Assembly (NCBI GenBank): GCA_965230515.1
Contig: OZ246007.1
Location: forward strand, 391,337 to 455,336
From: Pseudomonadales bacterium
GTDB taxonomy: Bacteria; Pseudomonadota; Gammaproteobacteria; Pseudomonadales; IMCC2047
Reading direction: 5' to 3'
Length of the DNA: 64,000 bases
The notes below the pieces were generated by a model. That model had not been told where the DNA came from. It worked only from the letters and a program-made list of their open reading frames with translations, and made no database searches. Both the position numbers and the translations under genes were made by a program. How positions within the stretch are numbered: the stretch's first letter is position 1; every line of letters starts with the position of its first letter. Below, one piece after another: positions 1-10,716 of the stretch.

Positions 1-73
1 TATGCAATCCACTACAGTTCTGGACACCCACAAATCAAGTTTTTACACTGACCCGAAATGTTCCGTGGTTTTT

Positions 74-472
74 TCATTGTAGCCCTAGAGCCTTTTTAGT
101 TGAATCTGAAAATTCTGAATACCGTTTTGATAACGGGTTATTGATGTCTTCTTGCGGTATAAGCAACCCAGACTTTTTATCGTATTTGTATTGACCTACT
201 ATTTTTTCGTTTTGATTGGCTTGATAACTTAAAAGGTTACTATTTTTGTTGTAGGCAACCTTTACCTCAAAACCAATAGCAGGTGGGCCACCAACAATTG
301 CACCTTTACCATATTTATCTAGATAAAATGCGTGGCCTTCGAAGAGAAACTCTCCTTTTAGTTTTGAGCCTTCAGTTGCCCAGACTCCTACAATAGAATC
401 GGGTATTGCAGCTTCTTTCGACGAGCAACTTACTAAAATTGCCATACTCAAAAGCAGCAATAATTTCTTCAT
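74..472 (-). CDS. Small lipoprotein of unknown function
   Basis: The ORF track gives 74..562. An internal Met at 472 yields MKKLLLLLSMAILVSCSS, a typical lipobox signal peptide. I recognise no family. Confidence 0.5.
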   Translation of the reverse strand: MKKLLLLLSMAILVSCSSKEAAIPDSIVGVWATEGSKLKGEFLFEGHAFYLDKYGKGAIVGGPPAIGFEVKVAYNKNSNLLSYQANQNEKIVGQYKYDKKSGLLIPQEDINNPLSKRYSEFSDSTKKALGLQ

Positions 473-543
473 AACTTCTCCATCACGCCCGCAACACCGG
501 AAAACTGAAGCGCAGCGTAGGTTTGTCCGCGTGCTTGCGATTG

Positions 544-1035
544 TTATGTTTTTTGTAACCATTTATACATGACCAATGCATCTACATACCCTTTTTTAGG
601 GTGAATAAATGCCTGAGGAAGACGGCCAACAGTTTCGAATCCAAGCTTGCCCCATAAGCGAACAGCCCCTTCGTTGCTAGATGCCACAAAATTAAATTGC
701 ATTGCTTTATAACCAAGCTCAGATGCAACTTTTTGAGAGTGTTCGCACATTGTTGTAGCCAATCCTTTGCCTCGTGCTTTTGATGAAACCATATATCCAC
801 AGTTGCAAACGTGGCTACCAGGCCCAGCTTGATTTGTCTTTATATAGTATGTTCCGAGTATTTCACCGGCCTCTTCAAAAACATATGTCTTGCGGGGTGC
901 ATCTAGCCAGATTTTCTCTGCCTGTTCCTTCGTGGTTTCAACATCGTATGCATAAGTTTCTCCGGCTTTAACAATTTCATGGAAAATCGGCCAGATTGCA
1001 TTCCAATCTTCTCTTATTGCTTCTCTAATATTCAT
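544..1035 (-). CDS. GNAT family N-acetyltransferase (phosphinothricin-acetyltransferase-like)
   Basis: The acetyl-CoA binding core is present (VSSKARGKGLATTM...GYKAMQFNFVASSNEGAVRLWGKLGF). The start is moved to ATG at 1035 (MNIREAIREDW), because the upstream extension of the ORF reads through a perfect hairpin. Confidence 0.75.
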   Translation of the reverse strand: MNIREAIREDWNAIWPIFHEIVKAGETYAYDVETTKEQAEKIWLDAPRKTYVFEEAGEILGTYYIKTNQAGPGSHVCNCGYMVSSKARGKGLATTMCEHSQKVASELGYKAMQFNFVASSNEGAVRLWGKLGFETVGRLPQAFIHPKKGYVDALVMYKWLQKT

Positions 1036-1410
1036 GCGAAATTCTCTGTGAAAACATAACAGTACGTTTATGAGGCCATCGGCCTCATAATAATTATTAT
1101 CGGGCCGCCACATAATTTTTTTTGATGCTGATTCAAGATTTGCAACCCATTGAAATATATAAACTAACAACAGGCTTCTGGGCTGCCAAATTTATTATCG
1201 AGCCGTTTTTTGCCCGGAAAGCGCTGACTTTTTCAAAAATAAATATACTATTTTTTTGTACAGTAACTTTAAGGCAGGGAATTCTTAATGTCATCTTCGC
1301 CATTCCTTCGAACAGTCCATGATTGTGGGTATCGTTACCGTCCTGCAACGATTTGTTCGTGAGTGTTGTAGTAAATACTACGCTAATAAGGAATTTTTAC
1401 AAAACGGTTT

Positions 1411-2481
1411 TTAGTCATCTCTTTCGCCTTTAATCTCTTCGATATTTACCCCCATCTGCTGGGCCCGGCGTTTCCAGAGTCGTTTCGCCAGTTTCTGCAT
1501 ATCTTCCGTTTTATCGCTCTCATCGATTATTTCCAGTCCCAGGAGGGTTTCGATGACATCTTCCAGGGTGATGATGCCATCCATGCCGCCATACTCATTG
1601 ATCACCAATAGAATATGTGCTTTTTTAATCAGCAGTTCGTCAAAGGCCTGCGACAGGCTCAAAGATGCTGGTACGGCATACAGATCCCGTCGAAAATTCT
1701 TCAGTTTTCTATCGCCATCCCCTGCCACCTGGGCATATAACAGATCTGCACGCAAAACAAAGCCGTTGATATGTTCCAGACTGTCACCGTAGATGGGGAT
1801 ACGGGAAAACCGCACGTTATCATGCTGTTCGATAAACTCCTGAACAGACAGTTCTTCCGGCAATGAGACCACCACTGTGCGGGGAGTCATGGCGTCCTTG
1901 ACGCGCATTTCACGCAGGGCCAGCAGGTTGATCAGTATGCGTGATTCCTGTTGTTCCAGTTCGCCCTCTTCTACGCTGCGCTCAGCCATTGCGGCAAATT
2001 CGTCCCGGCTGAATCCGGTCAACCTGGGACCTCCGGTCAAACCGCGGGTTAACCGTTCTGACAATATAATAAAGGGGTACAGCACCCAGATCAGCACTCT
2101 CAGACCATGCGCAGTAGGGGGTGCAAGTGTTCTCCAGTAATGCGCGCCAAGTGTTTTGGGTATGATCTCGGAAAAGACCAGAATCAAAAGGGTCAGTATC
2201 GCGGATGCTATGCCAACGTAAGCATTACCAAAGAGTGTCGTGGCCTGGGCACCGGCACCGACTGCCCCTACGGTATGCGCAATGGTGTTCAGGGTCAGTA
2301 TCGCGGCCAGTGGCGCGTTGATATCCTCATTGAGCTTGCGTAACAAACTACCCGAGGGTTTACCCTGTTGTTCCAGCAGGGCAATATGTGCGGTGGTTAC
2401 GCTGAGAATAACCGCTTCTGCCAGCGAGCAAAGGAAGGAAAATCCGAGCGCGACCGAAACGTAGGTAATCAGTAGTAGCAT
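1411..2481 (-). CDS. CNNM/DUF21 transmembrane plus CBS-pair domain protein (HlyC/CorC-type putative cation efflux)
   Basis: The N-terminal four-TM DUF21 region is followed by a CBS pair (MRVKDAMTPRTVVVSL...ILLVINEYGGMDGIITLEDVIE). Confidence 0.8.
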   Translation of the reverse strand: MLLLITYVSVALGFSFLCSLAEAVILSVTTAHIALLEQQGKPSGSLLRKLNEDINAPLAAILTLNTIAHTVGAVGAGAQATTLFGNAYVGIASAILTLLILVFSEIIPKTLGAHYWRTLAPPTAHGLRVLIWVLYPFIILSERLTRGLTGGPRLTGFSRDEFAAMAERSVEEGELEQQESRILINLLALREMRVKDAMTPRTVVVSLPEELSVQEFIEQHDNVRFSRIPIYGDSLEHINGFVLRADLLYAQVAGDGDRKLKNFRRDLYAVPASLSLSQAFDELLIKKAHILLVINEYGGMDGIITLEDVIETLLGLEIIDESDKTEDMQKLAKRLWKRRAQQMGVNIEEIKGERDD

Positions 2482-2548
2482 ATTGACAGGCTACTGAAAT
2501 ATTGCGAAAAAGTCGATATCGCGGCTAATTCTCCGCTTACATCGCTTG

Positions 2549-3142
2549 CTACTGGTGTATAGTGCCTTCATGGTCATGTGTTCGATCAGCATTATGGTTC
2601 TGATGGTCCGGTGCTACCGGCAATGTCTCGGAATTACCCAGTACATAGTCCTTGGGAATATCGGTGAAGCGAACCACCCGTCCACCATGAATCTCCGTAA
2701 ATTGTGTGGCCATCGCGGCATCACGAAATGGAAAAGCTTCCATGGCACCCATGCCACCACGCAACCGGCTACCAATCACGTAAACCGCCCACTCCGCTGT
2801 CACCCAGGATTCTTTCATCCTTTCCGGGTGAGCCAGATTGAAGCTGGGTGTGGCATCGATTGCTGTCACATAGACAGCGGCAATGTCTTTGGATTCTTCC
2901 GGCAGTCTGGTGTAGGCAATGCCATCGCGGACGCTGGTAAACCAAAGGGGATCGTTGCCGCCTTTGCGCAATACCTGACTTTTCGGCCCCTCATGCTCAC
3001 TCAACAACATATTGCAAAAATGGCCAATGGCCTCCGTTGTGGGCAGCTGTGGCTTGGGCCGCTCCGCTTTATCGACAGGCTGACATGCCGTGATGATGAG
3101 GGTAAGCGCCAACAAAAGAAAATGGGCAATTGGCTTATTCAA
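2549..3142 (-). CDS. nosL: NosL copper-chaperone lipoprotein
   Basis: It has a lipobox (LIITAC), the motif GHFCNMLLSEHEGPKSQ, and the last position in the nos cluster. The likely start is TTG at 3142, preceded by AAGGAG and lying 1 nt after the nosY stop. The track's ATG at 3205 would overlap nosY by 62 nt. Confidence 0.8.
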   Translation of the reverse strand: MNKPIAHFLLLALTLIITACQPVDKAERPKPQLPTTEAIGHFCNMLLSEHEGPKSQVLRKGGNDPLWFTSVRDGIAYTRLPEESKDIAAVYVTAIDATPSFNLAHPERMKESWVTAEWAVYVIGSRLRGGMGAMEAFPFRDAAMATQFTEIHGGRVVRFTDIPKDYVLGNSETLPVAPDHQNHNADRTHDHEGTIHQ

Positions 3143-3143
3143 G

Positions 3144-3965
3144 TTACAACTCCTTACGGTTAAACAGATAGATGGCCAGAGACAGCAATACGATAATCCA
3201 GGCACTCATGATTGCAAGCAGACTGTTTGGCCCGACAGTTTCAGAGACATTGAGCACTCCCGACACCAGACTGGCGGCCTCTGAGCCGGTCAGGTTGTAG
3301 AGTCTGTATACGTCTGCGGGATTTGCCAAAACCAGCAGATCAAATACTCCGGGCAGTAAACGCTGTTCTTTGTCCGTCAGTAATACACCCAATAATATCA
3401 GATCATAAATCACCAGCATAAACAGCCAGACGCCGACAGCAGCGCCGATCGCACTGGCCCGCACTTTGCTGAGCAGACTGATCAGACTTCCAAGGCTGAT
3501 AAACACAGCGCCAAGCAGTAGTGAACTGGCCATCATCTGCGCATAGTTGATCCAATCGGAAACGCCGGTATTCCCTTGTGCAGACAGATAAAGCCCGGCA
3601 CTTCCGTAGCCGATCAAAATGGCAAACATCAGTACCAACAGGTGCCCGATAAATTTGCCAAGGATGATATGCCAGCGTGAAACGGGATAACTGAGCAGCA
3701 GTAGCAAAGTGCCCTGCTCCTGCTCTCCGACGATCGCGTCAAAGGAAATGGTCAGTGCTACCAGAGGAATCAGATACAGGCTCAGACTTGATAGGCTCAC
3801 GGTGGTGATGCTCATCAGACTGGCCCTGGAGTCCCCGATCGGCGCTGAGCCCAATAAAGCGAGGGAAAACGCAAGGCTGGCGAGCAGGATGATGGCGGCC
3901 AGCGCCCACCGGTTGCGTATCGCACGCTGAAACTCAGCAGTAGTGATGGTGATGACAGCGTTCAT
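3144..3965 (-). CDS. nosY: NosY ABC-2 type permease
   Basis: This is a six-TM ABC-2-like protein that overlaps the nosF stop by 4 nt and sits at the expected cluster position. Confidence 0.85.
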   Translation of the reverse strand: MNAVITITTAEFQRAIRNRWALAAIILLASLAFSLALLGSAPIGDSRASLMSITTVSLSSLSLYLIPLVALTISFDAIVGEQEQGTLLLLLSYPVSRWHIILGKFIGHLLVLMFAILIGYGSAGLYLSAQGNTGVSDWINYAQMMASSLLLGAVFISLGSLISLLSKVRASAIGAAVGVWLFMLVIYDLILLGVLLTDKEQRLLPGVFDLLVLANPADVYRLYNLTGSEAASLVSGVLNVSETVGPNSLLAIMSAWIIVLLSLAIYLFNRKEL

Positions 3966-4855
3966 GAACGGTTTGCCTGTTCCACGAAATGGCCATAAAG
4001 GTCATCCAGTCGTGGTGGAATGATCTGCAGGTCTTTGATCGCATCCTGTTGACCCATGATCCGCTCCATCAGCGACACTTTATCCTGCTGCTGGCAGAGC
4101 AGTGTAATTTGGCCTGTCTCATCGGCGCCATTAGCAGCCTGTTCCATAAATCCCGCAAAGCGCTGGTATGCTCCCTGATGCGGTTCTATGCAGATTCGAG
4201 TCGGCAACCGCGCGGCCTCCCTTAACTGTTCCAGTGAGCCCTGAATAATGACGGCGCCCTTGTTCATGATCAGAATCTTATCGATTTCACCCTCTATTTC
4301 AGACAGTGCATGAGAAGAGATCAGTATGGCCGTACCTCTCGCTTTGCAATCACGGAGAATTTTATAAAAGTGCCTTCTCAGGAACGGATCCAGACCGGTG
4401 GTGGGTTCATCCAGCAACAGCAGCTTTGGGGTTCCCAGCAGCGCCTGTGCCAGTCCTAACCGCTGCCGCATACCCTTGGAATAGGTTTTAATTCTGGCTT
4501 CAGCCGCTTCACTCAAACCCACCAGCTCAAGCAGTTCCGGACATTGTTTCAGCGATACTTTCTTGAGTTTGGCGTAATATCCCAGCATCTGCTTTCCGGT
4601 CATTTCACCGGGAAATGACACGGTTTCAGGTAGAAACCCGATATTGGCATGCGGATCTTTGGCTGGATCTGTAGCAATTTCAAGATCACCCGATGTGGGT
4701 CGAACCAGGCCCAGAATCAGTTTCATCAGCGTGGTTTTCCCGGCACCGTTATGTCCGATTATCGCAACGCTTTCCTGAGCGGCCACCGATAAGCTGACAT
4801 CATTGACGACGACCTGGCCCCTGTAGCTTTTGCTCACCCCGGTTAGTTTAATCAT
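3962..4855 (-). CDS. nosF: NosF ABC transporter ATP-binding protein
   Basis: It has Walker A GHNGAGKTT, signature YSKGMRQRL and Walker B LLLLDEP. The start is chosen at MIKLTGVSKSY (4855). Confidence 0.9.
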   Translation of the reverse strand: MIKLTGVSKSYRGQVVVNDVSLSVAAQESVAIIGHNGAGKTTLMKLILGLVRPTSGDLEIATDPAKDPHANIGFLPETVSFPGEMTGKQMLGYYAKLKKVSLKQCPELLELVGLSEAAEARIKTYSKGMRQRLGLAQALLGTPKLLLLDEPTTGLDPFLRRHFYKILRDCKARGTAILISSHALSEIEGEIDKILIMNKGAVIIQGSLEQLREAARLPTRICIEPHQGAYQRFAGFMEQAANGADETGQITLLCQQQDKVSLMERIMGQQDAIKDLQIIPPRLDDLYGHFVEQANRS

Positions 4856-4881
4856 GTTACCTTTTTCTGTGTTTGCCAAAG

Positions 4882-6132
4882 CTATAGCACACTGGGTTGC
4901 ATCAGTGGAGCACTGTCCTGTACGCCGCCAGGATGAAGTGCCGGAAACTGTGACTGTGCCCATTGTAGCAACTGCAACGCAGGACTGTTTAGCAGGATTT
5001 TGGCGTTTGGGTGACGCCAGATCAGCTGATCGACAATGGTGTTCGGCCGATAGGGCTTATCGGCAATGGCGTCACCATCAAGATCAAATGCCAGATGGTC
5101 ACTCCAGTAGTTCCCCTGATTCGCTTTCGACCATTCAAGCTCGGTTGTGCCAACGTATTTCACTTGTGTTTTGTTGCCGATAAAGTTGTTCCCCCAAATG
5201 GTGTTTTGCTCAGAGCCGGCGGTAAAATGAATACCTATTAAACAGCTTTCAAAATGATTCTTAACTATTTGATTTATATTTGAATTATAAACAAAAGCAC
5301 ATTTTTCAACACCACCTTCAACTCGATTGCGAGTAATTTCAGAATGGTTGGTGTAGTTGAAGAAAATACCCCTGTCCCGGTCGCCGCTGGACAGATTGCC
5401 ACGCACTTTCAGATAGGAGGAGTACATAAGAGCGTAGCCTACATGATTATTTTCCGAGACATTATCCGAAATCTCGCTGTGATTGGTGTACATGTAGTGC
5501 ACAGCAAAACGCAGATCTGTGAAATGGTTTTCGCTAAAACGGTTGTTGTGACTGGTTGTTGAGAAAATTCCATCGCGCCCGTACCGAATACGGTTTTTCT
5601 CAACCACAGAGCCGGGGGAATTCCAGATATGAACGCCATTACCCCGCTCGTTCAAGCGCAAGTCGCGTCGACCAAAGATCAAATTGGAGCTGACCCGCGC
5701 CTGATCAGGCCCTTTGAGATAAACGCCAATAAGATTATGCTTGAACTGATTCTCTGCAATGACCGCATGATCACCGTTGGCTGTGATGAATATACCGCTA
5801 TGTTCCTCAGATAACAGCTCTCCGGAGTTTTTGATGGTTAAACCCTGAATACGGACATTGGGGGCATCGACAACCAGAACATGACCGTTTCCGCCGCCAT
5901 CGATAATGACACCGGGCTCGCCCAACAGCTGAATAGAGCGATCAATGATGACGGGGCCCGAATAGTTGCCCGCCGATAACTGCAGCGTATCGCCATCTGC
6001 CAGTGTCGCGATCACCTCATTCAACGGGGTAATCGAAGGGGACGCGTGATGGACGACACCGCCGAAAGCTGCAGGGAAAGACAGGCTTAAAAGAATACCG
6101 AAAAACGCGGCCCTGAAGTTGTGGAATATCAT
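4882..6132 (-). CDS. nosD: NosD periplasmic parallel beta-helix protein
   Basis: It has a signal peptide (MIFHNFRAAFFGILLSLSFPAAFG) and repeated beta-helix/CASH-type repeats (NxxxGIxL). It lies between nosZ and nosF. Confidence 0.9.
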   Translation of the reverse strand: MIFHNFRAAFFGILLSLSFPAAFGGVVHHASPSITPLNEVIATLADGDTLQLSAGNYSGPVIIDRSIQLLGEPGVIIDGGGNGHVLVVDAPNVRIQGLTIKNSGELLSEEHSGIFITANGDHAVIAENQFKHNLIGVYLKGPDQARVSSNLIFGRRDLRLNERGNGVHIWNSPGSVVEKNRIRYGRDGIFSTTSHNNRFSENHFTDLRFAVHYMYTNHSEISDNVSENNHVGYALMYSSYLKVRGNLSSGDRDRGIFFNYTNHSEITRNRVEGGVEKCAFVYNSNINQIVKNHFESCLIGIHFTAGSEQNTIWGNNFIGNKTQVKYVGTTELEWSKANQGNYWSDHLAFDLDGDAIADKPYRPNTIVDQLIWRHPNAKILLNSPALQLLQWAQSQFPALHPGGVQDSAPLMQPSVL

Positions 6133-6212
6133 ACCCGGGATTCTAAGATTGACTAAGGCGCAAACGCAAGCGGTTGATGTCGAGAGACCTGACAGTTCCA
6201 ATTAAGAGGGTC

Positions 6213-6236
6213 TCAGGGTGGCTGATGCCACCCTGA
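6213..6236 (-). terminator. Perfect 10-bp stem / 4-nt loop hairpin just downstream of nosZ
   Basis: tcagggtggc-tgat-gccaccctga lies 17 nt after the nosZ stop. It has no clear U-tract, so it may be a partial terminator or an mRNA-stabilising stem-loop between nosZ and nosD. Confidence 0.4.
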
Positions 6237-6252
6237 TTACCAGATAGGCTAC

Positions 6253-8178
6253 TTAAGCGGGTTCAACAAACATTCTGCCGCGCATCTCCATATGGAGCGC
6301 ATGACAGAACCACTGGCAGTAATACCAGTGAACGCCAGGTCGGTCAGCCTTAAAGGTTACGGAAGCTGTCGCTTGAGGTGCAATTTCAAAAGCTACACCG
6401 TAGTTTGCCAGGGTAAAGCCGTGTGTCAGGTCATCAATCTGGTCCAGGTTGGTGACAATCACAGTTACTTCATCACCCTTTTTGACCGTAAAATCATTCA
6501 TGCTGAAGGAAGGTGCCATCGACCACATATAAACACGTACCTTGTTACCATCACGAATCACTTTGCTGTCACTTTCCAGCGTGACGCCATCCTTTTTCGC
6601 CCAGGCGCGTGCGTCCGCGAACATAGGATCGTCACGGGTCCAGACTTTGTTTGGATTGACAATATCCCCGCGCACGATGATGCAATCATGTGGTTCAGCG
6701 AACGCAGGCCCATCGTGTACGATTTTCATTTTATCGCCAGTAATGTCAATTAACTGCTCATTTTCGGGTTTAAGCGGACCAACATTAATATAACGATCTT
6801 TGGAAAACTTGTTCATGGATAACAGCCACTTACCATCTGCTTCCTTGGTTTCACCCATTGAAGTGTGGTTATGGCCAGGCTGGTAATGAACATCAATCTT
6901 TTCAATGATGGGGTTCACTTTCTCGCCATTATAGGCGCGAATCGCCTTGTCAATGTTCCACTTGACCGCCTGGCTATCCAAAAACAGCGTCGTAAAGGCA
7001 TTACCTTTACCGTCAAAAGCGGTGTGCAAAGGTCCAAGACCCAGCTCAGGTTCTGCCACAACGACATCACGGGGTTTGATCTTGTCATTGAACAGGTCTG
7101 GTAGTTTTCTGACATCCAGTACTGAAACCGTCGGTGACAATTTTCCATTGATAACGACGTGCTTACCATCAGGTGCCGTATTACAACCGTGTGGACTGCT
7201 TGAGATCGGAATATAACGTGTGTATTTCGAGCCTTTACGTCCATCCAGCACGGGCACGCCGTTGATTTTCTTGAAGTCGCCTTTTTTAACACCTGCTTCG
7301 ATCGCTTTAATGTCGAATACAACGGCCCAGTCCTGTTCGGCAGCGGTCATATCTGCCAGTGTAACGCCCTCTTCGCTGTTATAGCAGGTAGAGAAGGCAT
7401 ACAGACCCTGATAATCCGCATCACAGTTATCCAGGTTGCCGTCCACCATGACCTGCCAGGCTACTTCCATGCTGTCACCGTCGATGGCGCTGAATATGGC
7501 ATGGTATTTTTCCGGCTCATTCAGAATTGAACCGTCATTCGGGATGGGCACCCGGTGCTCACCGTTAGCAAACACATAGCCTGTGCGTGGGTATTTCTGC
7601 GGCCGTAACCCGTGAATATCCGAAGCGTTAGGAATCTCGATGATCTTGTCACACTTCATCACGTCCATTCGAATACGTGCGACGCGGGTGTTGGCTTTAT
7701 CATTAATGAAGAGATAACGTCCATCATAGCTGCCGTCGGTAAAAGACATATGCGGGTGGTGTGCATCACCGTTGTGCCAGATACCCCCCTTATCCTTCAG
7801 AAATTCTTTGGTTTCAGGCAATAAACCTTCACTGAGAATTTTGACACTTTCGTTGGTCTGGCCCCAGCCGGTGGCACTGCAGCGATTAAAGACCGGAATA
7901 CGAACCAGTTCACGCATTGATGGAACACCCAGTATCCTCACCTCGCCAGCCTGACCGCTACTCCAGAAGCCATAATATTCGTCAAGGTCGCCAGGGCCGA
8001 CATGAGGGCTGTTTTCACTGGAGGCCTGTGCTGATTGCGGTGAAAGCGTGCTTAAACCGCCAACCGCGGCTCCCAACCCTGCAACCGTTGCAATACCCGC
8101 TGAACGGGACAATAACTCCCGGCGGGATGCCCCCTTGGGGTCGAGGGGTTCAGCTGGTGTATCTTTTTTACTAGTCAT
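6253..8178 (-). CDS. nosZ: Nitrous-oxide reductase NosZ (clade I, Tat-exported)
   Basis: It has a twin-arginine signal ([11 protein letters not shown]), a CuZ histidine motif (DAHHPHM) and a C-terminal CuA motif ([16 protein letters not shown]). Confidence 0.97.
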   Translation of the reverse strand: MTSKKDTPAEPLDPKGASRRELLSRSAGIATVAGLGAAVGGLSTLSPQSAQASSENSPHVGPGDLDEYYGFWSSGQAGEVRILGVPSMRELVRIPVFNRCSATGWGQTNESVKILSEGLLPETKEFLKDKGGIWHNGDAHHPHMSFTDGSYDGRYLFINDKANTRVARIRMDVMKCDKIIEIPNASDIHGLRPQKYPRTGYVFANGEHRVPIPNDGSILNEPEKYHAIFSAIDGDSMEVAWQVMVDGNLDNCDADYQGLYAFSTCYNSEEGVTLADMTAAEQDWAVVFDIKAIEAGVKKGDFKKINGVPVLDGRKGSKYTRYIPISSSPHGCNTAPDGKHVVINGKLSPTVSVLDVRKLPDLFNDKIKPRDVVVAEPELGLGPLHTAFDGKGNAFTTLFLDSQAVKWNIDKAIRAYNGEKVNPIIEKIDVHYQPGHNHTSMGETKEADGKWLLSMNKFSKDRYINVGPLKPENEQLIDITGDKMKIVHDGPAFAEPHDCIIVRGDIVNPNKVWTRDDPMFADARAWAKKDGVTLESDSKVIRDGNKVRVYMWSMAPSFSMNDFTVKKGDEVTVIVTNLDQIDDLTHGFTLANYGVAFEIAPQATASVTFKADRPGVHWYYCQWFCHALHMEMRGRMFVEPA

Positions 8179-8258
8179 TTACTTACTCCTGAATAATAGA
8201 GAGTCTAAGTTTTGGCAAACAACCGGTCACCAAATGCGGTTTGGTCGCCGATCATCAG

Positions 8259-10487
8259 TTAGTTGCCTTTTTCCTCACGCACATCAATGAGAATCTGTTT
8301 TGCCTGCTCAGAGGTTTTCCCCGAGCTCATCGCCTGCTGTCGCTCCATTCGCCCACGCTTTTTGATCATAACGGGACAGGTCTGGTCATCATAATAGCGT
8401 TCCTGACAATGCAGGCAATAGTGGCATTCGTTTTGGTTGATCTGTCCCTCGGGATGTATCGCCTGTACCATACATTCATTCGCACAAACCTGACAAGGAT
8501 TACCGCACTGTCGACGGTATCGCTTTAACCAGTCAAACATCCGTATACGGGCAGGAATAGCAAGCGCGGCACCCAGCGGACAAAGATAGCGGCAATAAAA
8601 GCGCTCGACAAACAGACAGGGTGCCAATAGTACGAGCGCAAAGATCACGTAGGGCCAGTCTCTGATAAACTTAAGTACAATCACTGTTTTAAATGGCTCA
8701 ATCTCCGCGAGTCGTTCTGCGAGCGCCAGTGAATGCAGAGAAAAGCCAAACAGCACTAAAAAAATAATATATTTGATTGGCCAGAGTCGTTCATGCAGCC
8801 CCCAGGGCAATACCCACTGAGGAATACCGACTTTTTTTGCGCCACGACTGAGAAACTCCTGCAGCGCTCCAAATGCACAGAGCCAACCACAGAAAGCCCC
8901 TCTTCCCCAGAAAAGTAGCGCCATCGCGACACTACCCCAGAGTATAAAAATCAGCGGTTCCATCAGGAAATACTCCCAATTAAAACCGGTCACCAGCGCG
9001 TTAAACACTGTTAATATATTGACCACCGAAAGCTGCGCCGAACTATAAAAACCAATGCCAAACAACGTAAACAGCAAAAACACCGTGCGCACGCGTTTGG
9101 AAAGCTTTGGACGTCGTACCAGCCAGTCCTGGAAAAAGAAGATCGCGGTCAGTGCTGTTAGCGCAATCATCAAGATGGTCGATTCGAGCCATTTTTCCTG
9201 CCACAACACCTTCCAAAGTACTGGCTGATCAAACTCCGCCGTCATCTCTTCCGCCCCGGTTTCAGGCGGTAACTCTTCTATATCCAGGTAGTTCGAGGGC
9301 ACCTGGTAATCCAGATTAAAAGTGCGGAATACCTTTTCCAGAGCTTCAAGTTCTCTGCCAACCAATAGTTGAAATCTCCAGGGCTGCGCCAGATCCAGCT
9401 TGGCGTCCTGAGGGATCATAAACAGGTCGACCTCTTTGAAATCCTGCGGTGCGCCCTCGGCCGCAACTCTTCTCAATCGCTTATGATGCAGATCCCTGAA
9501 ACGAATGACATCATCACCCTGTACCAACTCAAAGCGATCAAATATACCGCCGCGAACATACCCGGAGCCTTTAAAGGAGTACTCTCCCTTGGCCGCAACC
9601 ATAATGGCCTGTTTGCCCTCTTTCAGTTTTCGCGTCAGATTCTGGTATTCTGCTTTCCCGAGCATGCTTAGCCCGATACTGGGAATGGAAACCTGGGCGA
9701 CGTAAAGATCAATAAATACGTCACCCGAGTCAGTAGTGTCATCTGTCGGCGTTTCTGAAAAAGACTGATCTACCACTTTTGTGGTCAGTTTTAATCGCGT
9801 CACGGACTTTTCTGCGACCAGGTCAGTCCAGTCTTTCTGTTGTTGCAACTCTGTTTTAATGGTCGCCTTGCGTGTAGCAGCTGCCGTTCTCAAACCGCCC
9901 AAACCATAAGCTCTGGCAACTTTAATCGCAGAACGAATGATGCTGTCGTCAATCACTCTGATGGTTACCGTCGCACCGCTAATGGCATCAAAGCGCGGAT
10001 CATCAGTTGGTGATTTCAGAAAATTGACGATATCAAAGCCAACATAGCCAGCCATCAAGTCGGTGATTTCAGACTCTGGGATACCCACCAGAACAATAGG
10101 CTCTGAGTGTTCGATCAGTTTAACCGTTTTGATAACGCCCTGATTATCCAGGCCTACCAGCACATGAATCGGCTTACCAGAATATCCTACAGAGTTAACC
10201 AGACCTGAATTCAGAAACAGTAACCCGACACGTTGATCATCCTTGAACACAGGAACTGCTGAAGTTGACGGATCAACCTCGCCATATTGGTTGGCACCTT
10301 CAAACAACTCGGAAGCGGAATTGGATTGGATAACCGTTTTTAGCGTAACATTTGATTTGGCTATAGCTGTTGAAGATAAAAAGAAAATAAACGCGAACAG
10401 CAAAGAAACGGCAAATGTGCGGCAAAGAGCACGGCATAGGCCCCGTGCGTTAGAAACCCTGCTTGAAGCATGAAGGGCAAACATCAA
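8259..10487 (-). CDS. nosR: NosR membrane flavo-iron-sulfur regulator/electron donor
   Basis: It has a periplasmic FMN-binding domain (DAISGATVT), multiple TM helices, CX3CP motifs (CRYLCPLGA) and C-terminal ferredoxin-type Cys clusters (CGNPCQVCANEC, CHYCLHCQ). Confidence 0.93.
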   Translation of the reverse strand: MMFALHASSRVSNARGLCRALCRTFAVSLLFAFIFFLSSTAIAKSNVTLKTVIQSNSASELFEGANQYGEVDPSTSAVPVFKDDQRVGLLFLNSGLVNSVGYSGKPIHVLVGLDNQGVIKTVKLIEHSEPIVLVGIPESEITDLMAGYVGFDIVNFLKSPTDDPRFDAISGATVTIRVIDDSIIRSAIKVARAYGLGGLRTAAATRKATIKTELQQQKDWTDLVAEKSVTRLKLTTKVVDQSFSETPTDDTTDSGDVFIDLYVAQVSIPSIGLSMLGKAEYQNLTRKLKEGKQAIMVAAKGEYSFKGSGYVRGGIFDRFELVQGDDVIRFRDLHHKRLRRVAAEGAPQDFKEVDLFMIPQDAKLDLAQPWRFQLLVGRELEALEKVFRTFNLDYQVPSNYLDIEELPPETGAEEMTAEFDQPVLWKVLWQEKWLESTILMIALTALTAIFFFQDWLVRRPKLSKRVRTVFLLFTLFGIGFYSSAQLSVVNILTVFNALVTGFNWEYFLMEPLIFILWGSVAMALLFWGRGAFCGWLCAFGALQEFLSRGAKKVGIPQWVLPWGLHERLWPIKYIIFLVLFGFSLHSLALAERLAEIEPFKTVIVLKFIRDWPYVIFALVLLAPCLFVERFYCRYLCPLGAALAIPARIRMFDWLKRYRRQCGNPCQVCANECMVQAIHPEGQINQNECHYCLHCQERYYDDQTCPVMIKKRGRMERQQAMSSGKTSEQAKQILIDVREEKGN

Positions 10488-10653
10488 TGATCCCTTAATA
10501 TTGCTGGAAAACAGTTAACACAAAGAACCATTTTCCCCAAGAAATGAACAACAAAGCAGACCTGTTCGAAATCAGCCCTGCTAGCGTAACCGGGCGTGAA
10601 GCTGTCTGGCAGATTTCGCCAGCTATTGCAGCCCGTCAGGACTGCCATATTAT

Positions 10654-10667
10654 TTGATCTTAATCAG
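10654..10667. promoter_or_regulatory. FNR/DNR-type box TTGAT-N4-ATCAg upstream of nosR
   Basis: TTGATcttaATCAg matches the TTGAT-N4-ATCAA consensus at 9 of 10 positions. Its centre is about 173 bp upstream of the nosR ATG. Confidence 0.5.
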
Positions 10668-10716
10668 GCATTCAACAGCCGTTGATATTATTTTCTGGTT
10701 GAAATCACATGAAAAG

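Noticed and set aside
2546-3163. 205-aa plus-strand ORF
   Set aside because: It is entirely antisense to nosL, which has clear family motifs and operon context. It has no recognisable motifs, so I treat it as a shadow ORF.
8179-8258. Weak hairpin ACCAAA-ccgca-TTTGGT between nosR and nosZ, considered as a terminator or promoter element
   Set aside because: It has only a 6-bp AU-rich stem with no U-tract. I cannot distinguish it from chance.
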